A DNA stretch of 64,000 nucleotides, from positions 368,280,001 through 368,344,000 of the forward strand of contig OZ024743.1 in the NCBI GenBank assembly GCA_964016885.1, written 5' to 3'. Source of the stretch: Eledone cirrhosa (taxonomy: Eukaryota). How positions within the stretch are numbered: the first letter of the stretch is position 1; each line of letters starts with the position of its first letter. Position numbers and translations under genes: made by a program. Shown here piece after piece: positions 14,432 to 28,543 of the stretch. The notes beneath the pieces are model-generated. The model was not told where the DNA came from. It made no database searches and was given only the letters and a program-made list of their open reading frames with translations.

Positions 14432-15332
14432 GTACCCCCACCCACCCCTCCCCTAGTCTTTGATAGATTTGGCGGACTCCGCCCTTTATAGCAGCTGGCT
14501 TAGACCCCGGATACTTTCCCCCTTTTTCCGACCGCTCCCACTATTCTCTGTGCCCTCTATATTTCTTAGTGGCACATGCCTTATTTTTTCGTTTCAGTAT
14601 TTCTTGCTTCGCTCTTATTCTGGGCGGGGTGGATTCTGAATTTATTTCTCCGTATTCTACCTTTATTTCGTACGAACTTTCATGTAGCGTGTTTTAGATC
14701 TTTTAGAGTTAGCATTAGTATATATTTTTCTCGGGACTCAGAATTATTATCTCGTACAAGTTCACTTTGCTGCACTGGGACGTTGCTGGCCCGGGATGGA
14801 AACCTTTATTGTTTATTTCGTGGTAGTCTCTTTAGTATTTTGGCCCCTTTTGTTGACCCGTCACCGTATCATTTACGTACTTATACCTCTTAAAAGGGTC
14901 CTTGCCTTATTCGTCCCACCTAGTTCTCTTACTTATTTCCTTATTTATTCATTTATTTATTTTTTTACTTCTTTCTTTCTTTCTTTATTTTATTCTCGCC
15001 TAACAATAGCCTGACACCTAGGTCGTAGAATTTAATTTACTTTACTTTTCTTTACACTTATTTGCCTTTCTTCACTCTCAGTATTTTTTTTTTTTTTCTT
15101 TCCTATTTCTACCCCCCATTGTTCTACCTACCGTTCCGACTTCCTCCCCCTCCCCCTCCCCTGTATCTTCTTTGACCTCATGCCCAGCTGTAGCTGGCAC
15201 TACCAACGCTTGATTGGGTCTACTCCACCCCCTCCCCTCTTTCTCCTACTGGCAGGTTTAGCCACCATCTCCCCTACTAATTTGCAACCACAGAATTACT
15301 ACTGATTTTTGACAATCACTTTGACCATATAT

Positions 15333-15444
15333 GGAATTACCCCTTGAGAAGATCGGCTATTTAAATACCAGGATAAATTTTCATTTAGTCCAGAATTAGC
15401 CGTCGAAACGGCTTGAGCTCAGCTGTCGGGGTCTTACTGGTTCC
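15333..15444 (+). ncRNA. Hammerhead ribozyme, U3-A8 core variant (inverted pLTR copy)
   Basis: Layout: GGAATT-ACCCC, TTGAGAA, helix II GA(T)CGGCTA..TAGCCGTC, GAAA, helix III ACGGCT/AGCTGT, GUC^ at 15427, GGGGT..GGTTCC. Confidence 0.75.
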
Positions 15445-15534
15445 TATATATATATATATATATGTATCTATATGTATATATATATATATGTATATATGTA
15501 TATATATATATATGTATATGTATATATATATATG

Positions 15535-15581
<47 letters not shown>

Positions 15582-15582
15582 G

Positions 15583-15613
<31 letters not shown>

Positions 15614-15631
15614 GTATATATATGTATATAT

Positions 15632-18600
15632 ATCATCATCATCATCATCATCAACGTTTAACGTCCGTGTTCCACGCTTGCATGGGTTTGGACGGGGGTA
15701 GTCCCACTTGAGGCAAGAGTGATTGTCTTGCTCGCATAGGACTGTCTGGCAGGTTTTCTACAGTTGGATGCCCTTCCTAACACCAACCACATTTACAGTG
15801 TGGGTCTGGGAGGTTTTTACCGTGTTGCCTACACGGCCACATTACAGCGTGGACTGTGTGTTTTTTTGTCGTGACACCTACACGATCTCATTTGTTTCGG
15901 CCCGGATGGCGCGGCACCAACATAACTTTACATAGGACGGGGTGGTGTGGATGGGGTGGGGGTGGTGGTGGTGGGACGGGGTGTATTTTGTTAGAGATGC
16001 CTACTGGCAAGGCGGGTCTTCTCTGTTACTGAGTACCGCCAAAGGTCTCGGTCCAGTGACATTGTCTTGGAGAGGTGTAAGTGTGTGAGGTCGGAGTTTA
16101 TCAGCTCGTCCCAGGTTTTTCTAGGTCTGCCTATTCCGTGGCTACCGTCTATCTTTATTGCCCTGCACTTTGTTATACAGCTATCGACTTTCATGCGCAT
16201 CACGTGTCCATACCAACGTAGCCTTCTCTCGAGTAAACAACATCTGATCCCTCTTATCTCTAATTTTTTCCTTAGTTCGTTTATGCTTTGCCGTTCACGT
16301 ATATTACTGTTACACATCCAGCGGAGCATGCAAGCTTCGTTCCTCTCTAGTCTGCGTATATCCTCTGCACACAATGCCCAGGTCTCACTGCCATGCAACA
16401 TTGCTGTTCGTATGCAGGCATCGTACAACCTGCCTTTCATTTTTAGGGAGAACCCTTTAGCAGCTAATAGTGGTATAAGCTCTCTGAACTTTTTCCAACC
16501 AGTTCTGACTCTAGCTACAGTACTTTCAGAGCACCCTCCCCCACTGCTGATTTTATCGCCCAGGTAACGGAAGTTGTCCACTATTTCTATAGAACCCTCT
16601 GCGCAATTGAAAGAGCTAGTATTGTGTGGGCACTTGCTGCTACTTATTGCACCAGAACACCGGCCACATGTAAAATCTATGTTCTTAGTTAGCTTACCTG
16701 TGATCCCACTACATCTTTTATGCACCCATACTTTGCATTTAGGACACAAAATGGAGTTTCTACCTACGCCTTTCCTACACACCGAGCACGACCATTTCCC
16801 AGAAGGGACCGCCGCCTTGTTTTCTTTCCTACAAACTAGAACTTTGGTCTTAGCCAGGTTAATTTTAAGTCCTTTTGACTCTAGGCCGTGCTTCCATGTT
16901 TGGAATTTCTTCTCTAGCTCGGCCATTGATTCCGCTATGAGTGTCAGGTCGTCTGCGTATAGGAGTTCCCATGGGCAGCCTGTCTTGAACTCCTCTGTTA
17001 TAGCCTGAAGGGCAATAATAAATAGTAGGGGGCTGAGAACAGAGCCCTGATGGACGCCAACTTTTACGCTAAACTCTTCACTATATTCGTTGTTAATTCT
17101 AACCTTGCTGACTGTTTCTTTATACATGGCTTGTATAGCCCTCACAAGCCATTCGTCAACGCCTAGTTTTCTAAGAGCCCACCAGATAATGGAGCGGGGG
17201 ACTCTGTCGAAGGCTTTCTCCAAGTCGACAAAAGCTAAGTAGAGGGGTTTACCTTTAGCTAGGTACTTCTCCTGTAGTTGTCGTACTATGAAAAGAGCGT
17301 CTGTGGTACTTTTGCCTGACACAAACCCGAACTGCATTTCATCTAGGTCAATTCTCTCTCTGATTAGTTGCGCTATTACTTTTTCTGTGACCTTCATGAC
17401 CTGGTCGATTAATTTAATGCCTCTATAGTTACTCCTATCTAGGGCGTCTCCTTTACCCTTATAACAGTTAACGATGATGCTGCTATGCCAGTCCTTCGGA
17501 ACAACCCCATTCTGTACGACTTGGTTAACTATGCGGGTGACCATGGTGTGTCCCACCGTGCCAGATGCCTTCAGCATCTCAGCAACTATTTCCGAAGGCC
17601 CAGCCGCCTTACCTGTCTTCATATCCTTGATTGCCTTACTTATTATACTCCCCTCGACTAACACTGCTGGTCCCTCTATTGGGTCGACATGGGGGAGACT
17701 GTCTTTCTCCCATTTATTCTCCTCATTTAGTAGCCTTTCATAGTGACACTTCCAAGCTGCCTTCTTATCAGTGTCGGTGATGGCAAGTATGCCATCATCG
17801 TTAAGTACACACTTCTCCCCGACAATATCACGGTTTTCCTTGACGCATTGCCTAGCAATCCTGAACACCTCACGTTTTTGGTCATCGCGTTGTAGGACAT
17901 GCTTGAACTTTCTTTCCTCAGCTTCCCTTCTTGCTAAGTACACTTCTCTCCTAGCTTCCCTCCTGGCCACTTGATAGTCTACTCTACTTCCCCCATCCCG
18001 CCATACTTTCCAAGCCTGCTTTTTGGCCTTAATTGACTCCTCCACCTTACTGTTCCACCACCATGTTACTCTCCTCCTGCCTACAGGCCTGCTCCAGCCA
18101 CAGACTTCGTCTGTGGCCAACAGCAGGTTTGCTTTCAGAAATTCCCACTGTCCCTCTATATTGTCCGACTCTAAGTGTTCTTCCTTACTGTCGAAAGCAT
18201 CAAGTAATATGTTTTGAAATTTATTTTTGGCTGTGGGGTCCTTTAGCTTCCATATTTTTCTCCTGAGGATAGTCCTCTTCTGCTGTCGAGTACGTCTCGA
18301 CCTGACTATGAGGTCGCTAATTATCAGTCTATGTTGGGAGGTGCATTCTTCATGGGGGAGGGATTTAGTGTTTACAACAGACACTCTGTCACGTCTTCTG
18401 GTAAGGATATAATCTACCTGGCTTGTGTGTTCCCCGGATCTATAGGTGATCAGGTGATTGTCACGTTTTTTGAAGTTAGTGTTACAGATAGTTAGGTTAT
18501 TTGCATCACAGAATTCCAGGATTCTGGAGCCTTCCTCATTTCTAGTACCAAACCCATAGCCTCCATGGATTTCGTCGTAGCCGTCACAATGTTGCCCAAC

Positions 18601-18994
18601 GTGACCATTTAGGTCGCCTGCAATAATTATATAGTCACTGTCAGATATTTGGGAGGTAGTGAGCATCAGTGTCTCATAGAATCTGTCTTTTATAGTGCCG
18701 GGCAGTCCGGATTGGGGTGCATACGCAGATATTACTGTCACCGTAGTTCTATTGAGGACAAGTCGTATTTTAATTATTCTGTCGTTCACTCTATTTACGT
18801 CTATTATCTTATCCGCCCACTTTTCTGCTACCATGATTCCTACTCCACCCAGCCCATCGTCGTTTCCCACCCAGAAAAGCTTATAACATCGTTTTTTACC
18901 CTCAATGAATCTAGCAGACCCACCCCTCCACCTGGTCTCTTGAATACAACAAACATCGACCTCCTTACGTTCAAGCATTTCTACAACCTCGTTA
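15632..18994 (-). mobile_element. RTE-clade LINE, family A copy 2 (APE endonuclease, RT, PHD insert), slightly 5'-truncated
   Basis: (ATC)n tail. Open frame 15991-18994 with IQETRW, GDLNGH, QVDYIL, SQHRL and LYADD. Lacks the first endonuclease motif. The N-terminal ~190 aa of the listed ORF is microsatellite. Confidence 0.95.
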
Positions 18995-19920
<926 letters not shown>

Positions 19921-22353
19921 TCATCATCATCACCGTTTTACGTCCGTTCTTCCACGCTAGCATGGGTTAGACGGGTTGTCCTGTTGTGGGCAGTGTCTGG
20001 TCGGCTGACCATGCCTTGCTCATACAGGAACTGATCTGGCTTGATTTCTACAGCTGGATGCCCTTCCTAACACCAACCTCATTTACAGTGAGTGCTGGGT
20101 GCTTTTTCGTGGCGCCTACACGTCCACTTTACAGTGTGGGCTGGGTGCTTTTTTGCCGTGGCACCTCCACGACCACCTTGCGGTGGGGGGGGGGGGGCAT
20201 ATTGTTTATATGCTTCAGCATGTACCCATGGGAGGTCGGGTACCCTGTATTACTGCGTGACGCCAGAAGTCACGGTCGTGTGTCATTGACTTTGAGAGGT
20301 GTAGTTGGGTAAGGTCGGCTTTTATCACCTCATCCCAAGTCATCTTGGGTCTCCCCACTCCGCGGTTTCCATCAACTTCTAGTGCTCTGCACCTTTTTAT
20401 GCAGCTGTCATCCTTCATACGCATCACATGTCCATACCAGCGTAACCGCCTCTCCTGCACGCAGCATTTGATTCCTCTTATGCTCAGTCTCTCTCTCAAT
20501 TCATTTATGCTTTGTCGTTCACGTATATTACTGTTACACATCCATCGGAGCATGCAGGCTTCGTTTCTCTCTAATCTACGTAAGTCTTCCACCTTCAGCG
20601 CCCAGGTCTCACTACCATGCAACATCGCTGTTCGGATACACGCATCATACAGTCTGCCTTTCATTCTGAGGGAGAAGCCTTTTGCAGCTAGCAGTGGTAG
20701 TAGTTCCCTAAACTTCTTCCATCCCGTTCTTACCCTAGTTATTGTACTTTCTGAGCACCCACCTCCGTTGCTAATTCGGTCACCTAGGTAGCAGAAGCTG
20801 TCTACTGTTTCTACAGGGCCCTCCCAGAGATTGGTGGTACTTGTTTCCTGTGGCTGTTTGCTTGCTGTTTCAGCACAGCTGCTGCATGTGAATCCTACAT
20901 TCTTAATTAAGCTTCCTGAGATCCCGCTACATCTCTTGTGTACCCATTGTTTGCATTTGGGGCAAAGAATGGAGTTCCTACCTACACCTTTCCTACATAC
21001 TGAGCAAGGCCATTTCCCTGAGGGGATCTGGGTTCTGTTTTCTCGTCTACTTATAAGGACCTTAGTCTTTGTCATGTTGACTTTGAGGCCCTTTCTCTCT
21101 AGTCCCTGCTTCCAGGTTTGGAATTTATTCTCTAGTTCTACCATAGATTCAGCTATGAGTGCGAGGTCATCAGCATACAGGAGTTCCCATGGGCATCCGG
21201 TCTTAAACTCCTCCGTTATTGCCTGCAGGACTATGATGAACAGGAGAGGGCTAAGAACAGAGCCCTGGTGGACCCCAACCTGTACGCTAAATTCCTCGCT
21301 ATACTCATTGCCAATCCTAACTTTGCTGACTGCTCCCCTATACATGGCTTGTACCGCTTTCACAAGCCATTCATCTACTCCTAGTTTTCTAAGAGCCCAC
21401 CAGATTACTGCACGTGGAACTCTGTCAAAGGCTTTCTCAAGGTCGACAAATGCCAAGTAGAGTGGCTTACTTTTAGCTAGGTACTTTTCCTGTAATTGCC
21501 TCACAAGGAAGAGCGCATCAGTGGTGCCTTTCCCTGGTACAAACCCAAATTGCATCTCGTCTATATTCACCCGGTCCCTAATCAGCTGTGCTATAACTCT
21601 TTCTGTTACTTTCATGACCTGGTCCATCAACTTTATACCTCTATAGTTTCCTCTATCTAGTGCATCGCCTTTACCTTTGTAGCAGTTGACAATGATGCTA
21701 CTGCACCAATCTTTTGGTATGGCCCCCTCTAGTATTACCTGGTTAACAATACGTGTGGTTATAGTGTGACCTACAGACCCAGATGCCTTCAGCATCTCGG
21801 CAGCTATACCCGATGGACCGGTTGCCTTCCCTATCTTCATATCTCTGATTGCCTTACTTACTACGCTGCCGCTGACTTGTACTGCTGGTCCCTCTATAGG
21901 GTCTACGTGGGGTAGGGTCTCTTCTTCCCATGCATTATCCTCATTTAGTAATCTATCATAATGACTCTTCCATGCATCTTTCTTCTCAGCACTTGTGAGG
22001 GCAAGCTCACCTTTATCATTCCGGATACACTTCTCTCCAATGACATCACAACTATCTCTGACACACTGCCTCGCAATCTTGAATACCTCCTGTTTCTGGT
22101 CCTCACGTTGTAAAACATGCTTGAATTTTCTATCCTCTGCTTCCCTCCTAGCTAAGTATACTTGTCGCCTAGCTTCCCTCTTGGTCTCTATGTAATGTAC
22201 CCTGCTCCCTCCGTTCTTCCATTCTTTCCATGCCTGTCTCTTGGCCTTGACTGCTTCATCTACCTTATTGTTCCACCACCAAGTCACTCTCCTCCTGCTT
22301 GAGGTCTTACTCCAGCCACAAACCTCATCCGTCGCCTCTAGTAAGTTATTTTT
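19921..22353 (-). mobile_element. RTE-clade LINE, family C, 5'-truncated with intact RT frame
   Basis: (CAT)n tail. ORF 20215-22287 with LYADD and PHD-like insert. Clearly diverged from family A in protein and 3' UTR. Confidence 0.93.
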
Positions 22354-22357
22354 TTTG

Positions 22358-22515
22358 TATATATATTATTTTTATGTATATATATGTATATGTATATATA
22401 TGTATATGTATATATATGTATATGTATATATATGTATATGTATATATATGTATATGTATATATATGTATATGTATATATATGTATATGTATATATATGTA
22501 TATGTATATATATGT
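22358..22515. repeat. TA array with regular 14-bp unit TATATATGTATATG
   Basis: Directly visible higher-order periodicity. Confidence 0.9.
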
Positions 22516-25500
22516 ATCATCATCATCATCATCATCAACGTTTAACGTCCGTGTTCCACGCTTGCATGGGTTTGGACGGGGGTAGTCCCACTTGAGGCAA
22601 GAGTGATTGTCTTGCTCGCATAGGACTGTCTGGCAGGTTTTCTACAGTTGGATGCCCTTCCTAACACCAACCACATTTACAGTGTGGGTCTGGGAGGTTT
22701 TTACCGTGTTGCCTACACGGCCACATTACAGCGTGGACTGTGTGTTTTTTTGTCGTGACACCTACACGATCTCATTTGTTTCGGCCTCGATGGCGCGGCA
22801 CCAACATAACTTTACATAGAACGGGGTGGTGTGGATCGGGTGGGGGTGGTGGTGGTGGGACGGGGTGTATTTTGTTAGAGATGCCTACTGGCTGGAGTAG
22901 GTTTTACTATATATTTAGGTAAGGCGGGTCTTCTCTGTTACTGAGTACCGCCAAAGGTCTCGGTCCAGTGACATTGTCTTGGAGAGGTGTAAGTGTGTGA
23001 TGTCGGAGTTTATCAGCTCGTCCCAGGTTTTTCTAGGTCTGCCTATTCCGTGACTACCGTCTATCTTTATTGCCCTGCACTTTGTTATACAGCTATCGAC
23101 TTTCATGCGCATCACGTGTCCATACCAACGTAGCCTTCTCTCGAGTAAACAACATCTGATCCCTCTTATCTCTAATTTTTTCCTTAGTTCGTTTATGCTT
23201 TGCCGTTCACGTATATTACTGTTACACATCCAGCGGAGCATGCAAGCTTCGTTCCTCTCTAGTCTGCGTATATCCTCTGCACACAATGCCCAGGTCTCAC
23301 TGCCATGCAGCATTGCTGTTCGTATGCAGGCATCGTACAACCTGCCTTTCATTTTTAGTGAGAACCCTTTAGCAGCTAATAGTGGTATAAGCTCTCTGAA
23401 CTTTTTCCAACCAGTTCTGACTCTAGCTACAGTACTTTCAGAGCACCCTCCCCCACTGCTGATTTTATCGCCCAGGTAACGGAAGCTGTCCACTATTTCT
23501 ATAGAACCCTCTGCGCAATTGAAAGAGCTAGTAGTTTGTGGGCACTTGCTGCTACTTATTGCACCAGAGCACCGGCCACATGTAAAATCTATGTTCTTAG
23601 TTAGCTTACCTGTGATCCCACTACATCTTTTATGCACCCATACTTTGCATTTAGGACATAAAATGGAGTTTCTACCTACGCCTTTCCTACACACCGAGCA
23701 CGACCATTTCCCAGAAGGGACCGCCGCCTTGTTTTCTTTCCTACAAACTAGTACTTTGGTCTTAGCCAGGTTAATTTTAAGTCCTTTTGACTCTAGGCCG
23801 TGCTTCCATGTTTGGAATTTCTTCTCTAGCTCGGCCATTGATTCCGCTATGAGTGTCAGGTCGTTTGCGTATAGGAGTTCCCATGGGCAGCCTGTCTTGA
23901 ACTCCTCTGTTATAGCCTGAAGGGCAATAATAAATAGTAGTGGACTGAGAACAGAGCCCTGATGGACGCCAACTTTTACGCTAAACTCTTCACTATATTC
24001 GTTGTTAATTCTAACCTTGCTGACTGTTTCTTTATACATGGCTTGTATAGCCCTCACAAGCCATTCGTCAACGCCTAGTTTTCTAAGAGCCCACCAGATA
24101 ATGGAGCGGGGGACTCTGTCGAAGGCTTTCTCCAAGTCGACAAAAGCTAAGTAGAGGGGTTTACCTTTAGCTAGGTACTTCTCCTGTAGTTGTCGTACTA
24201 TGAAAAGAGCGTCTGTGGTACTTTTGCCTGACACAAACCCGAACTGCATTTCATCTAGGTCAATTCTCTCTCTGATTAGTTGCGCTATTACTCTTTCCGT
24301 GACCTTCATGACCTGGTCGATTAATTTAATGCCTCTATAGTTACTCCTATCTAGGGCGTCTCCTTTACCCTTATAACAGTTAACGATGATGCTGCTATGC
24401 CAGTCCTTCGGAACAACCCCATTCTGTACTACTTGGTTAACTATGCGGGTGACCATGGTGTGTCCCACCGTGCCAGATGCCTTCAGCATCTCAGCAACTA
24501 TTTCCGAAGGCCCAGCCGCCTTACCAGTCTTCATATCCTTGATTGCCTTACTTATTATACTCCCCTCGACTAACACTGCTGGTCCCTCTATTGGGTCGAT
24601 ATGGGGGAGACTGCCTTTCTCCCAATTATTCTCCTCATTTAGAAGCCTTTCATAGTGACACTTCCAAGCTACCTTCTTATCAGCGTCGGTGATGGCAAGT
24701 GTGCCATCGTCGTTTAGTACACACTTCTCCCCGACAATATCACGGTTTTCCTTGACGCATTGCCTAGCAATCCTGAACACCTCACGTTTTTGGTCATCGC
24801 GTTGTAGAACATGCTTGAACTTTCTTTCCTCAGCTTCCCTTCTTGCTAAGTACACTTGTCTCCTAGCTTCCCTCCTGGCCACTTGATAGTCCTCTCTACT
24901 TCCCCCATCCCGCCATACTTTCCAAGCCTGCTTTTTGGCCTTAATTGACCCCTCCACCTTACTGTTCCACCACCATGTTACTCTCCTCCTGCCTACAGGC
25001 CTGCTCCAGCCACAGACCTCGTCTGTCGCCAACAGCAGGTTTGCTTTCAGAAATTCCCACTCTCCCTCTATATTGTCCGACTCTAAATGTTCTTCCTTAC
25101 TGTCGAAAGCATCAAGTAATATGCTTTGAAATTTATTCCTGGCTGTGGGGTCCTTTAGCTTCCATATTTTCCTCCTGAGGATAGTCCTCTTCTGTTGTCG
25201 AGTACGTCTCGTCCTGACTATGAGGTCGCTAATTATCAGTCTATGTTGGGAGGTGCATTCTTCATGGGGGAGGGATTTAGTGTTAACAACAGACACTCTG
25301 TCACGTCTTCTGGTAAGGATATAATCTACCTGGCTTGTGTGTTCCCCGGATCTATAGGTGATCAGGTGATTGTCACGTTTTTTGAAGTTAGTGTTACAGA
25401 TAGTTAGGTTATTTGCATCACAGAATTCCAGGATTCTGGAGCCTTCCTCATTTCTAGTACCAAACCCATAGCCTCCATGGATTTCGTCGTAGCCGTCACA

Positions 25501-26045
25501 ATGTTGTCCAACGTGACCATTTAGGTCGCCTGCGATAATTATATAGTCACTGTCGGATATTTGGGAGGTAGTTAGCATCAGTGTCTCATAGAATCTGTCT
25601 TTTATAGTGCCGGGCAGTCCGGATTGGGGTGCGTACGCAGATATTACTGTCACCGTAGTTCTATTGAGGACAAGTCGTATTTTAATTATTCTGTCGTTCA
25701 CTCTATTTACGTCTATTATCTTATCTGCCCACTTTTCTGCTACCATGATTCCTACTCCACCCAGCCCATCGTCGTTTCCCACCCAGAAAAGCTTATAACA
25801 TCGTTTTTTACCCTCAATGAACCTAGCAGACCCACCCCTCCACCTGGTCTCTTGAATACAACAAACATCGACCTCCTTACGTTCAAGCATTTCTACAACC
25901 TCGTTAGCGCGACCCTTTAGGGTGCCTACATTTATGGTACCAACTCTGAAGTTTTGGATTGCGTTTGGGGGTTGGGGGCGGTGAGGGGCGGGGGGCGATG
26001 GGGTTATGTTAGCCGTCCGCGGTCGAAACAATGAGGAGTGCTCGC
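22516..26045 (-). mobile_element. RTE-clade LINE, family A copy 3, nearly full length; catalytic YADD changed to YAND
   Basis: (ATC)n tail. 1038-aa open frame 22915-26031 from RVGTINVGTL to the stop. A substitution at 23865 gives LYAND. No in-element ATG was seen. Confidence 0.95.
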
Positions 26046-26144
26046 ATATATATATATATGTATATATATGTATATGTATATATATGTATGTATATGTATA
26101 TATATGTATATATATGTATATATATATGTATATATATGTATATA

Positions 26145-26185
<41 letters not shown>

Positions 26186-26207
26186 GTATATATATGTATG
26201 TATATAT

Positions 26208-27236
26208 ATCATCTATATTAATGACATCACTGACATCATCAAACACAGCAACATTAAAATTTTCGCTGATGATTCCAAGCTCCAAAAGGTCATCAATGGC
26301 GTGGATGACCGGATAAGCCTTCAGTCAGACCTACTGGCTGTTACCCAATGGGCGGAAAAGAACAACATGTTACTGAACGAAGACAAATTCGAACTGATCC
26401 ACTTTGGAAAAGAGGATGCTCTGAAACTCCCGTACTCCCTTCCCTCCGGGGAAACTCTCGTGGCATCTAACAACATCAGAGACTTGGGAGTAACCGTGGA
26501 CAGCAACATAAGCTGGGCCACGCATATAAGCAGCAAAGTTGACATGGCCCGCAGAATGTGTTCCTGGATCCTCAGAACCTTCCAGTCGAGAGATTCCCAC
26601 ACAATTATCCTTCTCTTCTATACTTTTGCCCGACCACACCTTGAATACTGTTGTCCACTGTGGTCTCCCCACACGAAACAAAGTATCATGAAACTTGAAG
26701 CTCCTCAAAGGGCAATCACGAAAAAGATAGATGGCATGTCAGACCTTGACTACTGGGGTCGACTAGAAAACCTGAAACTTTACTCACTCCAACGTCGCCG
26801 TGAGCGTTATATTATCTGCATGATGTGGAAAATGTTCCATCATCACTGCCCAAATGATGTTGGCATCGCCTTCAAGATACACCCAAGGCTTGGGCCCCGT
26901 GCTATCCGTCCCATACAAAAATCTAAATCGCAACTCATAACAACAATACGGCACAATTATTTCACCTCAATCGGCCCTGCTCTCTTCAACATCACACCAG
27001 GACACGTCAAAACAGAAACTGACCACACAAAATTCAAGAAGTCTTTGGACAAATTCCTCCAAGTAATCCCGGACAAACCACCCACACCCGGATATGTCTC
27101 CGCAAACAGTAATTCTCTTCTCGAATGGGCCATGGTGCCCAAATCCTGAATTGAAAGACTTCGCCAGGTGGTGCTATTAAGTTAGACATGGCCTGGGCCA
27201 ATACTGGCCAAAACATTTCAAAGTTATTCAAAGTTA
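26208..27236 (+). mobile_element. CR1-group LINE, 5'-truncated, intact C-terminal frame
   Basis: Encodes IYINDI...IFADDSKL...LQSDL...RDLGV...[13 protein letters not shown]...[11 protein letters not shown], stop at 27149. The 3' end is (TTCAAAGTTA)2. TA arrays lie on both sides. Confidence 0.88.
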
Positions 27237-27288
27237 TATATATATATGTATATATATGTATATATATATATATATCTGTATATATATG

Positions 27289-27359
<71 letters not shown>

Positions 27360-27396
27360 GTATATATATGTATATATATATATATGTATATATATG

Positions 27397-27427
<31 letters not shown>

Positions 27428-27613
27428 GTATATATATATATGTATATATATGTATATATATATATGTATATATATGTATATATATATATATATGTATATA
27501 TATGTATATATATATACATATGTATATATCTGTATATATATATATATATGTATGTATATATATGTATATATATGTATGTATATATCTGTATATATATGTA
27601 TGTATATATATGT

Positions 27614-27653
<40 letters not shown>

Positions 27654-27655
27654 GT

Positions 27656-27695
<40 letters not shown>

Positions 27696-28008
27696 GTATA
27701 TATATGTATGTATATATATGTATATATATGTATATGTATATGTATATATGTATGTATATGTATATATGTATATATATGTATATATATGTATATATATATA
27801 TGTATATATATGTATATATATATATGTATATATATATATGTATATATATGTATGTATATATATGTATATATATATGTATATATGTATATATATGTATATA
27901 TATATGTATATATGTATATATATGTATATATATATGTATATATGTATATATATGTATATATATGTATATATATGTATATATATGTATATATATATATGTA
28001 TATATATG

Positions 28009-28039
<31 letters not shown>

Positions 28040-28045
28040 ATACAT
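27237..28045. repeat. (TA)nTG array, last of the cluster
   Basis: Directly visible. Confidence 0.95.
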
Positions 28046-28468
28046 ACATGTGTGTGTAATTTGTTATATTATATTATCTAGATTATTGCAAACAACTGTT
28101 CATCTAGTAGTGCTAGATAGCAATGTAGATGAAATGTGTTCTTGTTGATTTCTGCTAAAATGACACCATTGAATAATAGATAATTGCACATATTGAAGTG
28201 TTCAACTTTATATATTTTCATATTAAATGGACGAAAACTGAAATATACCAACATTATTTTGATAGTTTATGAATAATTGGCAAATTTGCCAGTATCTCCA
28301 TAAAAGAATTTGCTAAATCCATTATAGAAATGCTATTTATTGTATGAAAATACATAGTGATAGTTCTATCTTTTATCTCTTTCTCTGTTTCTTTCTCATG
28401 CTCTTGCTTTCTATCTCTCTCTCTCTATCTTGCTCTCTTTGTGTGTCTCATTCTCTCTCTCATCTTCT

Positions 28469-28543
28469 TTCTCTATATCTACATCAAATTTTCTCTATAT
28501 CTACATCAAATTTTCTCTATATCTACATCAAATTTTCTCTATA
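28469..28543. repeat. 22-bp tandem repeat x3 (TTCTCTATATCTACATCAAATT)
   Basis: Directly visible. Confidence 0.85.

Larger units (their letters stand above)
12061..15447 (-). mobile_element. Penelope-like retroelement (GIY-YIG), 5'-truncated with a 1-kb inverted pLTR
   Basis: RT thumb plus GIY-YIG ORF at 13361-14431. Near-identical inverted repeat 12139-13155 / 14432-15447. An 80-bp tail at 12061-12138 is present only on the 3' copy. Both ends abut (TA)n. Confidence 0.93.

Noticed and set aside
12573-15014. Duplicated hydrophobic ORFs (72 and 105 aa) on opposite strands
   Set aside because: By-products of the T-rich Penelope 3' UTR and its inverted copy; no recognisable domain.
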